64,000 bases of DNA. Origin: Limisphaerales bacterium (GTDB taxonomy: Bacteria > Verrucomicrobiota > Verrucomicrobiia > Limisphaerales > JAJOIW01). Of the stretch, positions 59,599-64,000 are shown piece by piece. The stretch covers positions 1 through 64,000 of the forward strand of contig CBFHOE010000009.1 of assembly GCA_965657355.1 (NCBI GenBank), written 5' to 3'. The position numbers and the translations under genes are program-made. Position 1 is the stretch's first letter, and each line of letters begins with the position of its first letter. Under the pieces are notes generated by a model. It was not told the DNA's origin, searched no databases, and saw only the letters and a program-made list of their open reading frames with translations.

Positions 59599-59997
59599 AT
59601 GGCTGTGATAGTTGAATCTGAGCAACCCACTCTTTATACAAAATTAGGTGGTCACGAAGGAATATTAGATTTCCTGAAACCATTCTACGAAGATATAAGG
59701 CAGCACGAAATCTTAGGGCCTATATTTAATGCGAAAATTCACGACTGGGATAGACATCTTGATAAGATTACGGAATTCTGGGCTCTACAAACAGGTGGAC
59801 CAACAAAATACAATGGTGGATTCGCAGCAGCTCATCTTAGAATTGGCGCCAAAGAAGAACATTTTCAGCATTGGCTCGCGCTTTGGGAATATAATTGCAA
59901 ACGACAACTTCCTGATGACTTATCCAAACAGATGATCGCGCTCGCTCACGAATTTGCAAATAGACTGAAGAGAGTTATTAGGACTTATTCTCGATGA
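59599..59997 (+). CDS. Group III truncated hemoglobin
   Basis: LYTKLGG, FY...LGPIF, WDRHLDKITEFW, proximal His (AAH) and HFQHWL motifs. Confidence 0.9.
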   Translation: MAVIVESEQPTLYTKLGGHEGILDFLKPFYEDIRQHEILGPIFNAKIHDWDRHLDKITEFWALQTGGPTKYNGGFAAAHLRIGAKEEHFQHWLALWEYNCKRQLPDDLSKQMIALAHEFANRLKRVIRTYSR

Positions 59998-60365
59998 GGA
60001 TAAAAGCTCCGAAAAACGAACTCCCCATCAATTGTAATATCTAGATTTCCACCAGTTCTATTGGGGATAAATTTCCCTGTATCCGGCTTATTGAAAACAC
60101 ATTCTTAAATTAAGCCTAACTTCCTATGACTGATCATTACCACACCATGCAAATATGCCCAAAAGACTTTACTATCATTTGTTTCAACATGAATCGAGTC
60201 AGATGCACCAAAAGGTAAGAACTTGCAATCCTTCGAGAGCAACCTCATTCCTAATGAAATACAGAGGGGGTTCGACGCGAATGTGCCCCTCCACATAAGC
60301 GTTTTAGACATATGATCAATGAATAGGTCCCTTGCTATTAATAGCAAAAACGGAGTCATGATTTA

Positions 60366-61925
60366 TCAGAACTTGGGCACCTTCCAATTGGGTATCCCAA
60401 TGGATTCCAGTTGTTTTTGGTAGCGGATAGTGGCGGGATGCTCTTCGGCCAATGGAATATCCTCGTGGACCATGAACGGAACGGTTTCCTTCCACCATTC
60501 ATCATAAACTGATCTCAACTTTTCGATCACTTTTGAATGTTGTTCGAAAACATTAACCTTCTCATATGGATCCTTAGATATATCATAAAGCTCTTTGCCA
60601 TTAACAAATCGCCACCTTGTTGACCTTACTGCAAAATCTTTGAATTTAGAAAGATTAGGGTCCTCTCCTTTTTTCCAGCGCCCTTTGTGAAAAAAGAGGT
60701 ATCTGTCCGGCCAGTAAGCATTTGGATTTTCCAGTAATGGAATGAGAGTTCGCCCATCAATTTTCTGGATACTATTCGGTATACTGACACCGGCCAGATC
60801 GCAAAATGTTTTATACATATCAATATGAGCCGTCAGGGCTTTTATGTCTTGCCCCTCTTTCAAAATTCCCTTCCATCGCCAGAATGAAGGAACATGAGAA
60901 CCCCCTTCATGCACTGATGCTTTTCCAGTCTTGAACCCCGCTGTATGCATGCGTACCTGCTCTCCATTTTTTTTTCCGCTTCTGCCCGCCTGACCATTGT
61001 CGGTCATGAAAATAACCAATGTGTTTTCCCAAGCATTCCAATCATCTAACTTTTTCATTAGTAATCCGAAGTTATCGTCAATGTTTTCGATCATGCCGTA
61101 GCGTCCCGCGGTATTTTTATCCCATCCTTTTTCTGTCCATTTTTTAGTGTATTTGCTAGGTGCAATCATTGGACCGTGTGGGGCGTTCGGAGTAATGAAT
61201 GCAAAAAAAGGTGTCTGAGATTCAAACTGAGTCTTCATCCAACCAAGAGCGGCTTGAAAAAATACATCAGTGCAGAAACCTTTGGTTTGAACCAGCTTAT
61301 CATTGTGCAGTATGACATTATCAAAATACCGGCCTTTTGGTTCACGGTTCGGAGGAAAGTCAGCACAACTCCCTGGAAAGGCTTGGCCTATCCCACCTGC
61401 CCCATGGATGAATACTTCACTAAAGCCTCTATTGTAAGGCTGGTAGGCATCAGGATCTCCTAGGTGCCATTTGCCAAAAATTCCAGTTTCGTATCCGGAC
61501 TTATTGAGTAGTTTTGGGAATGTCGTTGTGCTTAGTGCCATCAATTCCCTTTCCAAAATAGTATGCGTGACTCCGTTTCTAAATTCGTGGCGCCCACTCA
61601 ATACGGCAGAACGTGTTGGAGCGCAAGTTGGGCTTACATGAAAATCGGTAAATCTAGTTGATAAGGCATAGAATTTATCGAGATTCGGGGTTTTTAAAAT
61701 GGGATTTCCGAGGCATGAAAGATCCCCCATTCCCTGATCATCTGTCATGACCACTATAATATTTGGCCTTTTGCCGGCAATGGAATCGCCGAGTAAATCG
61801 AGCCCCCCGGGAATTAGGGAGTATAAAATTACGGCAGCGGCAAATGAATGCATGAAGCTGAACGTGCCCTTGGTGATGATTGAATATCTTCTTGGCATAG
61901 ATTTACTATGACCTTCGCGGATCAT
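60366..61925 (-). CDS. Arylsulfatase (S1); true start probably around codon 25
   Basis: TDDQGMGD, CAPTRSAVLSG, GKWHLG, NAPHGP, TDNG and EGGSHVP motifs. Confidence 0.95.
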   Translation of the reverse strand: MIREGHSKSMPRRYSIITKGTFSFMHSFAAAVILYSLIPGGLDLLGDSIAGKRPNIIVVMTDDQGMGDLSCLGNPILKTPNLDKFYALSTRFTDFHVSPTCAPTRSAVLSGRHEFRNGVTHTILERELMALSTTTFPKLLNKSGYETGIFGKWHLGDPDAYQPYNRGFSEVFIHGAGGIGQAFPGSCADFPPNREPKGRYFDNVILHNDKLVQTKGFCTDVFFQAALGWMKTQFESQTPFFAFITPNAPHGPMIAPSKYTKKWTEKGWDKNTAGRYGMIENIDDNFGLLMKKLDDWNAWENTLVIFMTDNGQAGRSGKKNGEQVRMHTAGFKTGKASVHEGGSHVPSFWRWKGILKEGQDIKALTAHIDMYKTFCDLAGVSIPNSIQKIDGRTLIPLLENPNAYWPDRYLFFHKGRWKKGEDPNLSKFKDFAVRSTRWRFVNGKELYDISKDPYEKVNVFEQHSKVIEKLRSVYDEWWKETVPFMVHEDIPLAEEHPATIRYQKQLESIGIPNWKVPKF

Positions 61926-62053
61926 AAATCAATACTCTTCAGCTTAGATTCGAACCACTAATACCTAAAAAGTAAATCCGACCTATTCACTGGTCCTTTT
62001 TGCCACATGCATTTAAGTGCTTGATAATGCGCAGAAATTGTTAAAATAAACCT

Positions 62054-64000
62054 ATGCTTACAAAATGCTGGCAGTTGGTCCTATGTTTATTATTTCTGGT
62101 ATTTCACCAATCAAATGCGAATGAATCGTCAGTTCTAATCTCTGAAGATGAATTTGAAGTTTCTGACCTCGGCGGGATTGATCTTAAAATTCAAACTTGG
62201 GCAAAATTCCCCATGGTTCATAGCCCAGTTGCGATGGATGTCGATGCATACGGCCGTGTCTGGGTGGTTGAGGATTGGCACGGAAGGAAAATAGATGATG
62301 GAAAAAAAGGTCGCGGAAACATTCTGATTCTCGAGGATACCGATCTTGATGGCAAGGCAGACAAAGCACATGACTTTGGACCAAGATTTTCATCGATTCC
62401 TCTGGGTATTACGATTTTTGACAATGTGATAGTTGTCGCGATGGCTCCAGATTTAATTGTTTACACAGACGTCAACAGAAACGCGGTATACGATGAGGGA
62501 ACGGATAAGAAAGAAATTATCCTAAGTGGTTTTGAGGGTCATAGTCATGATCATAGCTTGCATGGCGTTGTCGGCGGCCCCGATGGCAAATGGTATTTTA
62601 GCCAGGGAAACACCGGGTTAAATATCAAAACGAGGGATGATCAAAATTTCGTCGCTTCTAGTTATTATTCAAATAACAGGCAGGATATTGGGAAGGTGAG
62701 TTCTGATGGTTATAGATATGTTGGCGGTTTAAGCTTTAGAATGAATCCAGATGGAACAAATATGTCGGTCATTTGCCAAAACACCCGTAATACCCATGAC
62801 CAATCCATCAGTTCTTTTGGAGATGTTTTCCAAGTCGACAATGATGATCCTGCTCATGCCAGAGCATCTTGGGTGATGGAGCATAGTAATTTCGGATACG
62901 CGAGTCTGGAAGATGGGGGACGGTCGTGGGAAGAGGCCGCGAAAACATGGGAAGAATTTAGCGTTGACCCTGTTCTTTTAGCAAAAAGAGGAGACGCACG
63001 GTCGAGCCAATCACACTGGCGTGAAAATTATCCAGGAACAACGCCCCCAGATTATGTGATTGGTTCAGGAGCCCCAATGGGTAGCATATTTTTAGAAAGT
63101 GATGAACTCGGCGAATCGCTGAGAGGCTCATTCATAATATGTGAAACAGTCAACAAAGCCGTTTACCAGTTCAAGCCAAAAGAACGCGGCACTCACGTGG
63201 AAGTGGGGCCATACAATAAGCTAATCAGCCTAAATGAAAAATCGAAAGATAAAGGATTTTTACCGACAGAAATCGTTCAAGCCTTAGATGGAAGTCTTTT
63301 TCTCAGTGATTGGAATAGCACAAATAATAGGCGTGGCAGAGGCGGACCAGAGGGAGCTATTTACAGAATATCACCTAAATCAGAAGAAATCATATCCCCG
63401 GTGATGATAGATTATGAATCCACTCAAGGCCAAATAAGCGCGTTAAAAAGTCCGAATTCCAGCATTAGATTCGTGGCAGCCGAAAAGCTCCGCGAAACAA
63501 AACAAAACCGCAAAGAAATTGTGGAGTTTGTGGAAGATACTGCCAACCCATATTTTAAGGCACGAGGCTTATGGATTCTTGCTAAAAAATACTGGATTAA
63601 AAACAGGGAATACGTCGAAGGCTTTCTGAACCATGAAGACCCACAACTCAGATTAACAGCATTTCGAGCATTGAAGAATGCTTACCCGAAAAAATTAATG
63701 CATTATGGCAGGAGAGTCGTTAATGACTCATCCTTGGCTCTAGCAAGAGAGTTGGCTCTTTCTCTTCGTGACGTTTCACTATCCAAATCCAAATCGCTTC
63801 TCATAAAAATAATTGAGAAATACAATGGCAGCAATCGATGGTTTCTAGAAGCGATAGGGACAGCGTCGTCAAAAAAAGAACAAAAAGTATACTCTCAAAT
63901 AGTTACCCCCCTGAGGAATGATAAGAAAGGTGCAAAGTGGGATACTGCCGATAAAAATCTAGCGTGGAGATTAAGAACACCAGATGCACTTAATGACCTA
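62054..64000 (+). CDS. PVC-type heme-binding/sorbosone-dehydrogenase-like protein, 3'-partial (absent from the ORF track)
   Basis: Starts at ATG 62054 (MLTKCWQLVLCLLFLVF, signal peptide); SPVAMDVDAYGRVWV, LEDTDLDGKAD, HDHSLHGVVGGPDG, DNDD and HEAT-like repeats. Spot-checked frame is consistent to the window end. Confidence 0.88.
   Translation, partial: MLTKCWQLVLCLLFLVFHQSNANESSVLISEDEFEVSDLGGIDLKIQTWAKFPMVHSPVAMDVDAYGRVWVVEDWHGRKIDDGKKGRGNILILEDTDLDGKADKAHDFGPRFSSIPLGITIFDNVIVVAMAPDLIVYTDVNRNAVYDEGTDKKEIILSGFEGHSHDHSLHGVVGGPDGKWYFSQGNTGLNIKTRDDQNFVASSYYSNNRQDIGKVSSDGYRYVGGLSFRMNPDGTNMSVICQNTRNTHDQSISSFGDVFQVDNDDPAHARASWVMEHSNFGYASLEDGGRSWEEAAKTWEEFSVDPVLLAKRGDARSSQSHWRENYPGTTPPDYVIGSGAPMGSIFLESDELGESLRGSFIICETVNKAVYQFKPKERGTHVEVGPYNKLISLNEKSKDKGFLPTEIVQALDGSLFLSDWNSTNNRRGRGGPEGAIYRISPKSEEIISPVMIDYESTQGQISALKSPNSSIRFVAAEKLRETKQNRKEIVEFVEDTANPYFKARGLWILAKKYWIKNREYVEGFLNHEDPQLRLTAFRALKNAYPKKLMHYGRRVVNDSSLALARELALSLRDVSLSKSKSLLIKIIEKYNGSNRWFLEAIGTASSKKEQKVYSQIVTPLRNDKKGAKWDTADKNLAWRLRTPDALNDL

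Noticed and set aside
60263..60294. GAGGGGGTTCGA...CCCCTCCAC resembling a tRNA/tmRNA 3' end
   Set aside because: T-arm spacing and the acceptor stem do not fit and there is no cloverleaf. It is at most a simple hairpin.
820..61463. Numerous 60-150 aa ORFs overlapping the long genes
   Set aside because: They are antisense or alternate-frame shadows of well-supported CDSs and carry no motifs.
62135..62424. Three short minus-strand ORFs
   Set aside because: They are shadows of the long plus-strand gene starting at 62054.
1..64000. CRISPR arrays, rRNA/tRNA, IS elements, integrases, reverse transcriptases, tandem repeat arrays
   Set aside because: I saw no regularly spaced repeats or such genes on reading the intergenic regions and ORFs. 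Short or degenerate elements could have been missed without computation.

Overview
This is a gene-dense, AT-rich (roughly 40% GC by eye) bacterial chromosome segment. Gene content points to the PVC superphylum, most likely a marine Verrucomicrobiota or Planctomycetota (inference from DUF1552/DUF1592 pairs, PVC-type heme proteins, six sulfatases, an MGAQWK-type YebC and a PPi-type PEPCK). Housekeeping genes (ligA, yebC, pyc, PPi-PEPCK, selO) sit among many exported glycan-degrading enzymes: six Cys-type sulfatases, a GH33-like sialidase, a CE15 esterase, an SGNH hydrolase, a PQQ/cytochrome c dehydrogenase, DUF1080, two Gfo/Idh/MocA proteins, ThuA and a TIM-barrel isomerase. I found no rRNA, tRNA, CRISPR array or intact mobile element. 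The main points of interest are: (1) two uncharacterised DUF1592 (diheme) + DUF1552 (Tat-exported) modules, each in a sugar-catabolism operon and each with a different N-terminal lectin-like domain; (2) a near-complete redox (3-keto-glycoside type) glycan-cleavage gene set at 43-59.5 kb; (3) a small single-HKD PLD with a Cys cluster, next to a SelJ-like ADP-ribosylglycohydrolase; (4) a decayed phage-like membrane gene pair at the left edge that the ORF track misses or mistranslates. All family calls come from motif recognition only; no searches were run.
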